From Candidatus Tenderia sp. (lineage in GTDB: Bacteria; Pseudomonadota; Gammaproteobacteria; Tenderiales; Tenderiaceae): a stretch of 64,000 nt of DNA. Position 1 is the first letter of the stretch. Every line of letters begins with the position of its first letter. Positions 9,682 to 20,160 of the stretch are shown here, piece after piece. The notes under the pieces are model-generated. The model was not told the origin of the DNA and searched no databases. It was given only the letters and a program-made list of their open reading frames with translations. The DNA lies in contig JANOSY010000014.1 of assembly GCA_031416075.1 (NCBI GenBank), positions 63,157 through 127,156 on the forward strand, in the 5' to 3' direction. Both the position numbers and the translations under genes were made by a program.

Positions 9682-10089
9682 ATGAAGTTGAGACTTTTAG
9701 CGGTGATTTTAATGGGGTGTATGACAACGTTGGCTGGGCTTGCCCAGGCGAGCGTGGTTGAGCCACTCCAGCAGGAGTACAAAACGGCAGGCGCGGGTCC
9801 TTTCAGTGCCGCTAAAGGACAGAAAATGTGGGTTGAAAAACATAAAGATGCTGAGTCCGGCAAAGAGTTCAGCTGCCAGACTTGTCATACAGACGATTTG
9901 AAAAAATCGGGCAAACATGAAAAGACCGGCAAGGTGATTGATCCGTTGGCACCCTCGGTCAATAAAGAGCGACTGACAGACATCAAATTTGTTAATAAAT
10001 GGTTTTTGCGTAACTGTAAACAGGTATTAGGTCGTGAGTGTACACCTCAGGAGAAAGGTGACTTTCTTGAATACTTGAAGGATCAATAG
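9682..10089 (+). CDS. Sphaeroides heme protein (SHP, DUF1924) cytochrome c
   Basis: Signal peptide, CQTCH, I.PLAPSVN.ERLTD and KWFLRNC.QVLGRECT.QEKGD motifs. Confidence 0.88.
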   Translation: MKLRLLAVILMGCMTTLAGLAQASVVEPLQQEYKTAGAGPFSAAKGQKMWVEKHKDAESGKEFSCQTCHTDDLKKSGKHEKTGKVIDPLAPSVNKERLTDIKFVNKWFLRNCKQVLGRECTPQEKGDFLEYLKDQ

Positions 10090-10117
10090 CGTTCCAAATA
10101 TTTTGTCGAGACGGGGA

Positions 10118-10657
10118 ATGGTGATGAAAAATAGAATATGGGCAATGATTGCCGGGATTGCCGGGATTGCATGGTTGTTGGTAAATAGTGGTTATGTATT
10201 GGCAAGTGCACCTAACACCGATTTTGCAGCGGTGACAAATACTAAATATACCAAAGAGTGTGGTGCCTGCCATCTGGCCTATCAGCCGGGGCTGTTGCCG
10301 GAGCGGTCATGGCGCAAAGTGATGGAAAATTTACATGACCATTTTGGTGATAATGCGGAGCTGCCGACGACCGATCAGCAGGCGCTGGTTGAGTATCTGG
10401 TGAACAACTCGGCTGAGCGAGCTAACTATAAACGTTCAGCACAGATGCTCCACTCGATCCGTAAAGTGGATACCCCGGTGCGAATTTCCCAAGTGCCCTA
10501 TTTTATTCGTGAACATCGTGAGGTGGCCAACAGAGTAAGAGGTAATGAAAAGATAAAGAGTCTCGGCCAGTGTGAGTTGTGTCATCAGAAAGCAAATGAA
10601 GGCTCTTATGCCGAGAACGAAATTAGAGTATTGGGAGCGGAGAGCTGGAATGATTGA
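10118..10657 (+). CDS. Diheme cytochrome c (DHC)
   Basis: CGACHLAYQPGLLPERSW, HFGDNA and CELCH motifs; signal peptide. The start could instead be 10124. Confidence 0.9.
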   Translation: MVMKNRIWAMIAGIAGIAWLLVNSGYVLASAPNTDFAAVTNTKYTKECGACHLAYQPGLLPERSWRKVMENLHDHFGDNAELPTTDQQALVEYLVNNSAERANYKRSAQMLHSIRKVDTPVRISQVPYFIREHREVANRVRGNEKIKSLGQCELCHQKANEGSYAENEIRVLGAESWND

Positions 10658-10820
10658 TCATGTGCCACCATAAATTATGATAAATAGGGCCGTATTGTGT
10701 AGGGTTGTATAGGCGGTTGAATTGTAAAAAATCGTCTAATTTCAGATTCATCAGCCATCGTGGGTTGTCAGCCCGCTGTGTTAGTCAGTAGTATGGTCCC
10801 CTGTTATTCACAGGAGACGC

Positions 10821-11546
10821 ATGATGAAACAAAATAAAAATATGGCAAAAGCAGTCGCACTTGTAATCGGTGGGCTGTTGGCAGGGACGGCAATGGCGGC
10901 AGACAAAAACGGTTGGACGGGTGAAGCTGCCCTGGGTTTTGTGATGACGTCCGGTAATACCGAAACGCAGTCGATTAATGCCAAGGCAAAAGCGGTGAAT
11001 GAGCGTGATATGTGGCGTCATTCGGCGGCTATTGAGGCGCTTAATACTGAAACCAGCGATATCACGACGGGTGAACGTTATCTGTTGTCAGGACAGACCA
11101 ACTATAAATTTAAGCCACGTCACTATGTTTTTGGTCTGGCTGCCTATGAGGATGATCGTTTCAGTGGTTATGATTGGCGTGCCAGTGAAGTATTGGGTTA
11201 CGGTTATCGTGCGATAGAAGAGTCGGATTTGACACTGGATCTGGAAGCGGGTCCTGGTGCGCGTCAAAGCCGTTTGAATAATGGCACCAGAGATAATGAA
11301 GGCATGTTCCGCGTTGCGGGTAATCTTGACTGGAAGGTGAGCGATACCTCAAGTTTTTCTCAGGTGCTGACCTCTGAAATTGGCAGTGATACCACCATCT
11401 CTAAATCTGTGACGGGCCTGAAAACACAGATCAACGGCAGTTTGTCGATGAAGATTGCACACGCTATCAAACATACTTCAGATGTGCCGGTAGGTATAGA
11501 AAAGGTTGATCGTGAAACGGGCGTGATGCTGGTTTACGGCTTCTAA
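10821..11546 (+). CDS. DUF481/YdiY-family outer-membrane beta-barrel
   Basis: Signal peptide, W.GEA.LG...TSGNTET, YE.DRFSGY and C-terminal LVYGF. Confidence 0.85.
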   Translation: MMKQNKNMAKAVALVIGGLLAGTAMAADKNGWTGEAALGFVMTSGNTETQSINAKAKAVNERDMWRHSAAIEALNTETSDITTGERYLLSGQTNYKFKPRHYVFGLAAYEDDRFSGYDWRASEVLGYGYRAIEESDLTLDLEAGPGARQSRLNNGTRDNEGMFRVAGNLDWKVSDTSSFSQVLTSEIGSDTTISKSVTGLKTQINGSLSMKIAHAIKHTSDVPVGIEKVDRETGVMLVYGF

Positions 11547-11571
11547 CTTAGCGAAGATAGACCTATCTCCG

Positions 11572-11596
11572 GGCCGCTCAATGAGCGGCCTTTTTT
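11572..11596 (+). terminator. Rho-independent terminator
   Basis: GGCCGCTCA-A-TGAGCGGCC followed by T6. Confidence 0.8.
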
Positions 11597-11680
11597 ATAG
11601 GAGCCGTGCCGAGACTAGGCGCACAGCACTGGGTGGGCGATGTTTTTGATCCGATGAGCATCAGAGAGACACGGCCCCCG

Positions 11681-14545
11681 TTACGAGGCCCGTTGTGCAT
11701 TGCGTAGTGCGGTCCTCTCCAGCAGTGGTTTGAGGAAGCGTCCGGTGTGTGAGTCGGGGTTCTCGGCCACCGCTTCCGGGGTGCCAATGGCGACGATGGC
11801 ACCACCTTTGTCACCACCCTCAGGACCGACATCGATGAGCCAGTCGGCGGTTTTGATGACATCGAGATTGTGTTCGATGATGACGATGGTATTGCCGTGG
11901 TCACGCAGTTGATGCAGCACCCGCAGCAGCTGTTCGATGTCGTGAAAGTGCAGGCCGGTGGTGGGTTCGTCAAGGATATAGAGTGTTTTGCCGGTGTCGC
12001 GTTTGCTCAGCTCGCGTGATAGTTTGACCCGTTGTGCCTCACCGCCCGAGAGGGTTGTGGCGTTCTGGCCGAGGGTGATGTAACTCAGGCCAACATCCAT
12101 CAAGGTTTGCAGTTTGCGTTTGAGCGCGGGCACGGCGCTGAAAAACTCCAACGCATCTTCCACCGTCATGGCCAGGATTTCAAAGATGTTTTTGCCTTTA
12201 TATTTGATGTCGAGGGTTTCGCGGTTATAACGTTTACCCTTGCAGACATCACATGGCACATAGATGTCAGGCAGAAAGTGCATTTCAACCTTGATGACCC
12301 CATCCCCCTGACACGCTTCACAGCGCCCACCCTTGACATTAAAACTGAATCGGCCCGGTCCATAACCGCGGGTGCGGGCCTCTTGTGTGCCGCAAAACAG
12401 ATCACGAATCGGAGTAAACAGTCCGGTATAGGTGGCAGGATTGGAGCGGGGTGTGCGGCCAATCGGGCTCTGGTCGATATCCACCACCTTGTCGAACTGG
12501 TCGAGACCAATCAGTTCGGTGCAGGGGGCGGGATCTTCACCGGCACCGTTGATGATGATGGCGGCGTTGCGGTACAGGGTGTCGTTGATCAGGGTGGATT
12601 TGCCGGAACCAGAGACCCCGGTGACACAGGTCATCAGGCCGATGGGGATGTTGACATCTACCTTTTTGAGATTGTTGCCACTGGCACCACAGATGCGGAG
12701 CTGCCGCTCTGGATCGTTGGCGGTACGTTGTGCCGGGATCTCAATCGCCCGTGTGCCGTTGAGGTATTGGCCGGTGATAGAGGCGGGGTTGTTGATCACC
12801 TGCTCGGGGGTGCCGGCGGCGACGACGTTGCCGCCATGTACGCCAGCACCGGGGCCGATGTCGAGCACATAGTCGGCCATCCGAATGGCATCTTCATCGT
12901 GCTCCACCACAATCACGGTGTTGCCGAGATCACGCAGGTAGGTGAGGGTTTCGAGCAGCCGTTCGTTGTCGCGCTGGTGCAGGCCGATGGAGGGTTCGTC
13001 AAGCACGTACATGACGCCAACCAGTCCGGCACCGATCTGGCTGGCAAGGCGGATGCGTTGTGCCTCGCCCCCCGAGAGTGTATCGGCACTGCGGTTAAGA
13101 CTCAGGTAATCGAGCCCGACATTGACCAGAAATTTAAGTCGTGCCTGAACCTCTTTAACGATCTTGTCGGCAATCTGCCCACGTTTGCCGGGCAGTTTCA
13201 ACTCCCCAAAAAAGTCGTGGGCACGGCCGACGGCCATGGAGGTGATCTGGGGCAGTGTATGGTCGGCGATAAAAACATTGCGCGCCTCGATACGCAGCCG
13301 GTTACCGTTGCAGCTTGGGCACGATTGGGTGCTGAGGTATTTGGCCAGCTCTTCACGCACAACGTTGGATTCGGTCTCGCGGTAGCGCCGCTCCATGTTG
13401 GGGATGATCCCTTCAAAGGGGGTGGTTTTGGTCTTGGGTACGCCGCGATCATTAAAAAAGCTGATCTCAAGCGTTTCATCACCGCTGCCATACAGAAGTG
13501 TTGTTTGCAGTTTTTCCGAGAGCTCGTTGAAGGGGGTGTCGAGATCAAATTTGAAATGGGTGGCGAGGGATTGCAGGAGCTGAAAATAGTAGGCGTTGCG
13601 GCGATCCCAACCGCGAATGGCCCCGCTGGCCAGACTGAGGTCGCTATTGTGTACCACCCTTGCCGGATCAAAAAACTGTTTGACGCCCAGTCCATCGCAG
13701 CTGGGGCAGGCACCAAACGGATTGTTGAAGGAGAAGAGGCGTGGTTCCAGCTCAGCAATACTGTAGCCGCAGTGGGGGCAGGCAAATTTGGCGGAGAAGA
13801 CCATGTCGTTGTTGTTTGTGTTTGTCTCATCGTCCATCCAGGCGACGCGGACAACACCGTCGGCCAGATTGAGGGCGGTTTCAAAGGACTCTGCCAGTCG
13901 CTGCGCCATGTCGGTGCGTACCTTGAAACGGTCGACCACTGCTTCGATGGTATGTTTCTTCTTTTTATCCAGCTCCGGTACCTGATCCAGCTCAATAATC
14001 TGGCCGTTGATACGGGCCCGCACAAACCCCTGGCTGCGTAGTTCGGCCAGTGTCTGCAGATGTTCGCCTTTGCGGCCATCAATCACCGGTGCCAACAACA
14101 TCAGCTTGCTGCCTTCGGGCAGGGCCAGCACATGGTCAACCATCTGGCTGACGGTCTGTGCCTCCAGCACCACATCGTGCTCTGGACAGCGTGGTTCGCC
14201 AGCCCGGGCAAAGAGTAGCCGCAGGTAGTCGTATATCTCGGTGACGGTACCGACGGTGGAGCGGGGGTTGTGGGAGGTTGATTTCTGCTCGATGGAGATG
14301 GCGGGTGATAGCCCCTCAATGTGGTCAACATCGGGTTTCTCCATAATGGCGAGGAACTGCCGTGCATAGCTGGAGAGTGATTCAACGTAGCGGCGTTGCC
14401 CCTCGGCGTAGATGGTATCGAAGGCAAGTGATGATTTGCCTGAGCCTGAGAGGCCGGTGATGACAATCAGCTTGTCACGGGGCAGGTCAAGATCGATGTT
14501 TTTGAGGTTGTGGGTGCGGGCACCGCGGATCTGGATGGTATCCAT
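11681..14545 (-). CDS. uvrA: Excinuclease ABC subunit A
   Basis: GARTHNLKN, two Walker A motifs ([16 protein letters not shown]), zinc fingers and two LSGGEAQR motifs. Confidence 0.99.
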   Translation of the reverse strand: MDTIQIRGARTHNLKNIDLDLPRDKLIVITGLSGSGKSSLAFDTIYAEGQRRYVESLSSYARQFLAIMEKPDVDHIEGLSPAISIEQKSTSHNPRSTVGTVTEIYDYLRLLFARAGEPRCPEHDVVLEAQTVSQMVDHVLALPEGSKLMLLAPVIDGRKGEHLQTLAELRSQGFVRARINGQIIELDQVPELDKKKKHTIEAVVDRFKVRTDMAQRLAESFETALNLADGVVRVAWMDDETNTNNNDMVFSAKFACPHCGYSIAELEPRLFSFNNPFGACPSCDGLGVKQFFDPARVVHNSDLSLASGAIRGWDRRNAYYFQLLQSLATHFKFDLDTPFNELSEKLQTTLLYGSGDETLEISFFNDRGVPKTKTTPFEGIIPNMERRYRETESNVVREELAKYLSTQSCPSCNGNRLRIEARNVFIADHTLPQITSMAVGRAHDFFGELKLPGKRGQIADKIVKEVQARLKFLVNVGLDYLSLNRSADTLSGGEAQRIRLASQIGAGLVGVMYVLDEPSIGLHQRDNERLLETLTYLRDLGNTVIVVEHDEDAIRMADYVLDIGPGAGVHGGNVVAAGTPEQVINNPASITGQYLNGTRAIEIPAQRTANDPERQLRICGASGNNLKKVDVNIPIGLMTCVTGVSGSGKSTLINDTLYRNAAIIINGAGEDPAPCTELIGLDQFDKVVDIDQSPIGRTPRSNPATYTGLFTPIRDLFCGTQEARTRGYGPGRFSFNVKGGRCEACQGDGVIKVEMHFLPDIYVPCDVCKGKRYNRETLDIKYKGKNIFEILAMTVEDALEFFSAVPALKRKLQTLMDVGLSYITLGQNATTLSGGEAQRVKLSRELSKRDTGKTLYILDEPTTGLHFHDIEQLLRVLHQLRDHGNTIVIIEHNLDVIKTADWLIDVGPEGGDKGGAIVAIGTPEAVAENPDSHTGRFLKPLLERTALRNAQRAS

Positions 14546-14625
14546 AATTCTTTACTTTTTATGTCTGTTATCGAACCTGCTACTATACGGCGTTTTTACC
14601 ACTCCAAGCAAAAGCGATTTAAGCG

Positions 14626-16026
14626 ATGAAACAATCTGCAGACCGTCCTGGCTTTGGTCAGGGCATGACCGCTACTGAAAAACGTGCCGCCTTCTCACTG
14701 GCGGGGATTTTCAGTACCCGGATGCTCGGGCTGTTTATGATATTGCCGGTGTTTGCCCTCTATGCGGAGCATCTGCCGGGGGCGACGCCGATGCTGATTG
14801 GCCTGGCCATTGGCATCTACGGTTTGACGCAGGCGATTTTGCAGATTCCTCTGGGTATGCTCTCAGACCGCATCGGTCGCAAGCCGGTGATCTATGGTGG
14901 TTTGGTGATGTTTGCCTTCGGTAGTGCGGTGGCAGCGATGTCTGACAGCATCACCGGGATTATTATCGGTCGTGCCTTGCAGGGGGCCGGGGCAATTGCT
15001 GCGGTAGTGATGGCGTTGGCAGCGGATTTGACCCGTGAAGAGCACCGCCTGAAGGCGATGGCGATTATGGGGATGAGCATGGGGGTGTCGTTCACCCTGT
15101 CGCTGATTATTGGTCCGGTATTTAATAGTTGGGTTGGTATTCACGGTATCTTCTGGATCACTGCGGGCATGGCACTGCTAGCGATGGTATTGCTGGCGGT
15201 GGCTGTGCCCACGCCGGTGGTCAGTCGGCACCACCGCGATACCCAGCCTGTCCCTGCACAGTTCAAACAGGTGCTGGCGGACGGTGAACTGCTGCGGTTG
15301 AATTTTGGCGTCTTTGCCCTGCATCTTATCCTGACGGCCAGCTTTGTTGCGGTGCCGCTGGTATTGGTGCAGAAGATTGGCCTGCCGGCGGTGGACCACT
15401 GGATGGTCTACCTGGGGGTGATGGTGCTGGCCTTTATCGTGATGATCCCGTTTATCATCATCGCTGAGAAAAAGCGCCGCATGAAACAGATCTTTAGTGG
15501 CGCTATTGTGGTGCTGATGCTGGCGCTGTGGGAGATGGCCTACATGGAGAGTACGCTGACTGGCATGGTGATTGGCCTCTTCTTCTTTTTTCTGGCCTTT
15601 AATCTGCTGGAAGCGTCGTTGCCATCTTTGGTCTCCAAGATTGCGCCGCCTGATAAAAAAGGGACTGCCATGGGGGTCTATAGCAGCTCCCAGTTTATGG
15701 GGGCCTTTGTTGGCGGTGTGAGTGGCGGTTGGCTCTATCAACATGTGGGCAGCGAGAGTGTCTTTCTGTTTGGCTCTATCGCGGCGGCCATCTGGGTGCT
15801 GCTGGCAGTGACGATGAAAAATCCACGTTATCTGAGCAGCCACATGCTGAATGTAGGGGATATGACAGAGGCTGAGGCCCGCCATCTGGTGACACAGCTG
15901 ACCCAGATCAAAGGGGTGGCCGAGGCGGTGGTGATCCCCGAAGATGGCGTTGCCTATCTGAAGGTGGATAAACATGCCACAGACTTTGAGGCGTTGAACC
16001 GCTTCTCTGTCTCAGAACAGTCGTGA
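14626..16026 (+). CDS. yajR: MFS transporter, YajR-like
   Basis: [21 protein letters not shown] and a C-terminal YAM domain (GVAEAVV...AYLKVD); divergent from uvrA. The start may be 14665. Confidence 0.85.
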   Translation: MKQSADRPGFGQGMTATEKRAAFSLAGIFSTRMLGLFMILPVFALYAEHLPGATPMLIGLAIGIYGLTQAILQIPLGMLSDRIGRKPVIYGGLVMFAFGSAVAAMSDSITGIIIGRALQGAGAIAAVVMALAADLTREEHRLKAMAIMGMSMGVSFTLSLIIGPVFNSWVGIHGIFWITAGMALLAMVLLAVAVPTPVVSRHHRDTQPVPAQFKQVLADGELLRLNFGVFALHLILTASFVAVPLVLVQKIGLPAVDHWMVYLGVMVLAFIVMIPFIIIAEKKRRMKQIFSGAIVVLMLALWEMAYMESTLTGMVIGLFFFFLAFNLLEASLPSLVSKIAPPDKKGTAMGVYSSSQFMGAFVGGVSGGWLYQHVGSESVFLFGSIAAAIWVLLAVTMKNPRYLSSHMLNVGDMTEAEARHLVTQLTQIKGVAEAVVIPEDGVAYLKVDKHATDFEALNRFSVSEQS

Positions 16027-16045
16027 CCCAATATATATAGTATGG

Positions 16046-16067
16046 GCCCGCCATGTGCGGGCTTTTT
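16046..16067 (+). terminator. Rho-independent terminator
   Basis: GCCCGC-catgt-GCGGGC-T5. Confidence 0.7.
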
Positions 16068-16115
16068 ATGGCATTCCGCCCCTATGTTTTTAACCCTTAC
16101 GATGTCACACCCATC

Positions 16116-17705
16116 ATGACCCAGATCTGGGATCGTCTCACGTATCTACTTTTTATCCTGGTTGCGGCATTGATTGCCCTGACTTTTCGTGATTACGGCC
16201 TGAGCTGGGATGAGCCGTTTCATATCGAATATGGTGAGCGGCTATTGCGTTACTACACCAGTGGCGGGGCGGATAGCTCGGCCTTCAGTTATATCAACCT
16301 CTATCTCTACGGCGGTCTGTTTGATGCCCCGGTGGCGCTGCTGGCACAGTGGTTGCCGTTTGAGCTGGCGGAGAGTCGCCATCTGCTGATTGCGACCACC
16401 GGCCTGCTGGGGCTGGTGGGCACGTGGCGGTTGGCGCGGCTGCTGGCGGGACCACGTGCCGGTTTTTTTGCGGCGTTGTTATTGATCACTATGCCGGGCT
16501 GGTATGGCCACCTGTTTATCAACCCAAAAGATATCCCTTTTGCCACAACGATGGTCTGGGCCAGCTATGCGTTGGCGCGGCTGGCGCGCCGTCTGCCTGA
16601 TTCCAGTTGGCGTGAATGGCTCTTTTTTGGGGTGTGTGGCGGCATGGCAATGGGGATGCGTATTGGTGGTGTGTTGATTGTTGGTTACCTGGGACTGACA
16701 TTGATGCTCTGGTTTTTGGCGACATTCTGCCGACCCACAGCGCGCCACTCACTGCTGCATGAGAGCGTGGCGTTGTTGCCAAAACTGCTGCTGGCCGGTG
16801 TTGTGGCGTATGGTGTGATGGTGGCGGTCTGGCCATGGGCACTTAGCTCGCCGCTGCGCCACCCCTATGAGGCGATGACAACCTTCTCCCATTTTCCGGT
16901 GATTATTCCAACCCAGATAGATGGGGTGTGGATCAACTCTGACGCCCTGCCGATTTTTTATCTGCCGTTGATGATGGCGATTAAATTACCCCTGTTACAG
17001 CTGCTGTTGCTGGCGGTGTTACCACTCTTTGCCGGGCGTATTGTGCATGGGGCACGGCAGCCTGAGTCTGCCGGTGATACACCCTGGTTGTCGTGGGCGG
17101 TGGTGGTGATTGCGCTCTTTTTGCCACTGCTCTACGCGATAGTCAGTTCTCCAGGCATGTATAACGAGATGCGTCATTTTCTGTTTCTGTTGCCACCGCT
17201 GGCGATATTGGCAGGGGTGGGGGGCGATCTTGTGTGGGGGTACCTGCAACGTCGTGCTCCCATACAGCGCGTAGCGGTTTTGTTGATGGTGGTGATCTAT
17301 CTCGGTCTCCATGTGGCTACCCTGATTCGGCTTCACCCCTATGAGTACATCTATTACAACCCACTGGTTGGTGGGGTTAAGGGGGCGGACAAACGGTTTG
17401 AACTGGACTATTGGAGCACCTCCCAGCGTGAACTTTACATCGCCCTTAAACAGTACTTACGTGATAGCGGAGGGGAGGCGGCACTGCACCAGCCGTGGCG
17501 TATCCGTTTGTGCGGCGCGCCGGAGGCGGCACTCTATTACCATGAGCCGGAGTGGACAACCCGCTGGATCGGTGAAAAGGGAGACGCTGACTTTGAAGTG
17601 GGCATTCCCGGTAATATCTGCCCGCCGCCCCGGCTGCCAGCCACCCTTGAGGTACGACGCGACGGGGCGTTGTTGGGGTATGTGAATGATTTACGTGTGC
17701 CGTGA
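16116..17705 (+). CDS. GT-C fold membrane glycosyltransferase (family 39/ArnT/PMT-like)
   Basis: DYGLSWDE acidic motif after TM1, NPKDIP, many TM helices and the C-terminal HPYEY.YYN.L.GG...DYW motif. Confidence 0.8.
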   Translation: MTQIWDRLTYLLFILVAALIALTFRDYGLSWDEPFHIEYGERLLRYYTSGGADSSAFSYINLYLYGGLFDAPVALLAQWLPFELAESRHLLIATTGLLGLVGTWRLARLLAGPRAGFFAALLLITMPGWYGHLFINPKDIPFATTMVWASYALARLARRLPDSSWREWLFFGVCGGMAMGMRIGGVLIVGYLGLTLMLWFLATFCRPTARHSLLHESVALLPKLLLAGVVAYGVMVAVWPWALSSPLRHPYEAMTTFSHFPVIIPTQIDGVWINSDALPIFYLPLMMAIKLPLLQLLLLAVLPLFAGRIVHGARQPESAGDTPWLSWAVVVIALFLPLLYAIVSSPGMYNEMRHFLFLLPPLAILAGVGGDLVWGYLQRRAPIQRVAVLLMVVIYLGLHVATLIRLHPYEYIYYNPLVGGVKGADKRFELDYWSTSQRELYIALKQYLRDSGGEAALHQPWRIRLCGAPEAALYYHEPEWTTRWIGEKGDADFEVGIPGNICPPPRLPATLEVRRDGALLGYVNDLRVP

Positions 17706-17748
17706 GCTGTGGTGTTTGGGATGTGGTTAGTGAGTGGGGTAACGGTTT

Positions 17749-18345
17749 TTATGGCGTGTGGATTCGGACAATTTCCTGCGCCAACGCCTGCCCCAGCTGG
17801 GTAACGCAACCACTCATCGCGGCCACCCGTGCATCATAATCGCTTTTATTGGCATGCTGGGTATAGGTGTACTGTTTGGGGGGGACTACGCTGTTTTTAT
17901 TGGCGTCGATTAACTCCCAGCGTACGGTCAGGCTGGCTTGGTTTTGGTTGTCGCTGTCGAAGCTGAGCACCTCTAATACAATTTGGGTCTCGATCTTTTT
18001 ACCGCTGCGCCAGGGGTAGATGGTGATGCTGGCGTTGGGCAGGGCGCTGTTTAACTCTTGTGCCAGTACTCGGGTGAAGTTGGTGTCGAGCGGTTCTGCC
18101 CAGCGGTGGTACTCAGCGGCTTTGAAGCTGTTGTTACTGGTGCGAACCAATATTTTATTGCGCTCCAGGTAGGTGGGGAATTTAATCGGGCCAAGGCCCA
18201 CGCCCAGTGTGAGTGAGGGGCCGCTACTCTGAACGGCGTTGTTACTGGCGTTGAGCAGGTAGAATTTTGAGGGTTGGCTGGTACCGCAACCGCTGATGGT
18301 TAACAGTAGTGTCAGGAGCAGTGGCCAGGGGTAGCGGAGTTGCAT
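17749..18345 (-). CDS. PqiC-family ABC auxiliary lipoprotein
   Basis: Lipobox ISGC, FYLL, P.YL.R..I and WAEPL motifs. Confidence 0.88.
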   Translation of the reverse strand: MQLRYPWPLLLTLLLTISGCGTSQPSKFYLLNASNNAVQSSGPSLTLGVGLGPIKFPTYLERNKILVRTSNNSFKAAEYHRWAEPLDTNFTRVLAQELNSALPNASITIYPWRSGKKIETQIVLEVLSFDSDNQNQASLTVRWELIDANKNSVVPPKQYTYTQHANKSDYDARVAAMSGCVTQLGQALAQEIVRIHTP

Positions 18346-19391
18346 CAGTGGTCCCTCTCTTGTGGTTTGCCTTTGAGCAGTGATTCCGGATTCTCTTCCA
18401 GGGTGTTGGCGAGGATGCGCAGGGCGCGGGCGCTGCTGGCCATCTCTTGCAAGGTTTTGTTGAGCTGGTGCTGGAAGGGTGAGTCTTCGGCCATGAGCTG
18501 GTTGGCGCTGTGGCTGGTGGTTTTTATGGCGTTGAGTGTTTCGGTAGTGGTTGTGGTGATCTGATCGGCGTTGGCACGCAGCTGCTGTATCAGCTCGTTG
18601 GAGTTGCCCACCAGTTGGGTACCGCTGTTGACCAACCGCTGTGTTGACTGGAGTGTGGTATTCAGCGTGGTGAGGGTGGTATTGAGATCCTGGGTGATCT
18701 GTTGGCTGCGCTGGTCGAATTTGTCGGCCAGGCCGTTGTACTGGTGACTGAGTCTGGAATAGTCCTGCAGGGTCTGGTCAAACTGTTTGATTGCTTGCAG
18801 CAGTTCGGGTCCGTTAAACAGTTTGTCGACCCCGGCAGCAGCGCTGGCCAGGTCATACAGCAGCAGGTCGATGGGGAACTCCTCCAGTTTGCGTGTGAAC
18901 TCCTGGATGGGGGTGGGGATGGTGGGGATTTCCGTAATGTGTTTGCCCCCGCCGATCAGTGTGGCCGGTTTGTCCGGGTACATGTCGAGCTGCACGGCGA
19001 GCTGGCCGGTCAACAGGCTCTGCATCTGTAACTGGGCACGTAGTCCGTTCTGCACCATGTCGCTCATGGTCCTCATCTTGAGTGCATTCATCTCCTCGCC
19101 ACTGATAAGCGAGATGCTGTCGGGTTCAAGTTCAACATAGACGGGAATCTGTACCCGTTGGGTATCGGGATCAAGCAGCAGGCGAATGTCGGTGACACTG
19201 CCTATTTTAACCCCCCGAAAGTTGACCGGGGCACCCACGGCAAGCCCTTTCACCGAGCCACTAAAAAACATGACAAAGCGTGACTTTTCGCGCAGCATGC
19301 CGCTGCCAAACAGCAGTGCAGCCCCCACGGCGAGTGCGACGGCACCGACGATGAAGAGGCCAATCAGGGTGGTATTGGAGCGGCGTGCCAT
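18345..19391 (-). CDS. MlaD/MCE family protein
   Basis: SVKGL.VGAPV.FRGVKIG, GLRAQLQ.QSLLTGQL, coiled coil and P.SLL.G C-terminus. Confidence 0.9.
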   Translation of the reverse strand: MARRSNTTLIGLFIVGAVALAVGAALLFGSGMLREKSRFVMFFSGSVKGLAVGAPVNFRGVKIGSVTDIRLLLDPDTQRVQIPVYVELEPDSISLISGEEMNALKMRTMSDMVQNGLRAQLQMQSLLTGQLAVQLDMYPDKPATLIGGGKHITEIPTIPTPIQEFTRKLEEFPIDLLLYDLASAAAGVDKLFNGPELLQAIKQFDQTLQDYSRLSHQYNGLADKFDQRSQQITQDLNTTLTTLNTTLQSTQRLVNSGTQLVGNSNELIQQLRANADQITTTTTETLNAIKTTSHSANQLMAEDSPFQHQLNKTLQEMASSARALRILANTLEENPESLLKGKPQERDH

Positions 19392-19394
19392 CGT

Positions 19395-20159
19395 TTAATC
19401 CTCCCCCCGGTTAAGAAAGGCACGTACCCGTTTGTCGCTAGAGTGCTGTTTGAGATGAGCCGGGCCGCCGCTGGCGATCATGGTTTTGCTTTCGGCATCG
19501 AGAAATATGCCGTTGTTGCCAATGGCAAGGATGCTGGCCAGTTCGTGGGAGACGATTACAATGGTGGTGCCGAGGTTCTCTCTCAGCTCCAGTATCAGCT
19601 CATCCAGTCGGCGTGAGTTGAGCGGGTCCAGCCCGGCGCTCGGTTCATCAAAAAAGAGTATCTCTGGATCAAGGGCCATGGCGCGGGCGAGTCCGGCCCG
19701 CTTTTGCATACCACCACTGATCTCGGCGGGGTATAGCTCCTCACAGCCGGCCAGCCCGACCAAGGCCAGTTTGTAGGCAATCAGATCTGACATCTCACCA
19801 TCACTCAGCGTTGTATGCTCTTTTAACGGCAGGGCGATGTTCTCTGCCAGTGTCATGGAGCTGAAGAGCGCTCCACTCTGGAATAACACCCCCATAGTGC
19901 GTTTGATCTGGCGCTGCTGTTCTGCGGCAGCGTCTGTGAAGTTGATGTTATTAATCACTACTTCCCCCTGAAGGGGGGGCTTGAGTCCGATAAGATGGCG
20001 TAACAGTGTGGTTTTGCCACAGCCACTCCCACCCATGATGATAAAAATATCACCACGCTGAACGGTAAAGTTAAGGTCTTGCTGAACAATATGCTCACCG
20101 TAAGATGCGCTGAGGTGACGTACCTGGATGTGTGGCGGTTGCTCCACATATGTGTCCAT
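19395..20159 (-). CDS. ABC transporter ATP-binding protein (MlaF-like)
   Basis: GGSGCGKT, SGGMQKRAGLARA and DEPSAGLDP motifs. Confidence 0.92.
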   Translation of the reverse strand: MDTYVEQPPHIQVRHLSASYGEHIVQQDLNFTVQRGDIFIIMGGSGCGKTTLLRHLIGLKPPLQGEVVINNINFTDAAAEQQRQIKRTMGVLFQSGALFSSMTLAENIALPLKEHTTLSDGEMSDLIAYKLALVGLAGCEELYPAEISGGMQKRAGLARAMALDPEILFFDEPSAGLDPLNSRRLDELILELRENLGTTIVIVSHELASILAIGNNGIFLDAESKTMIASGGPAHLKQHSSDKRVRAFLNRGED

Positions 20160-20160
20160 C

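Noticed and set aside
10147-10170. 9-bp repeat GATTGCCGG in the DHC signal peptide
   Set aside because: Under three copies and in frame (IAGIAGIA); no plausible switching effect.
12032-14041. 669-aa ORF antisense to uvrA
   Set aside because: Shadow frame of a conserved gene; no recognisable motifs.
14546-14625. LexA/SOS box upstream of uvrA
   Set aside because: No CTG-N10-CAG found in the intergenic region.
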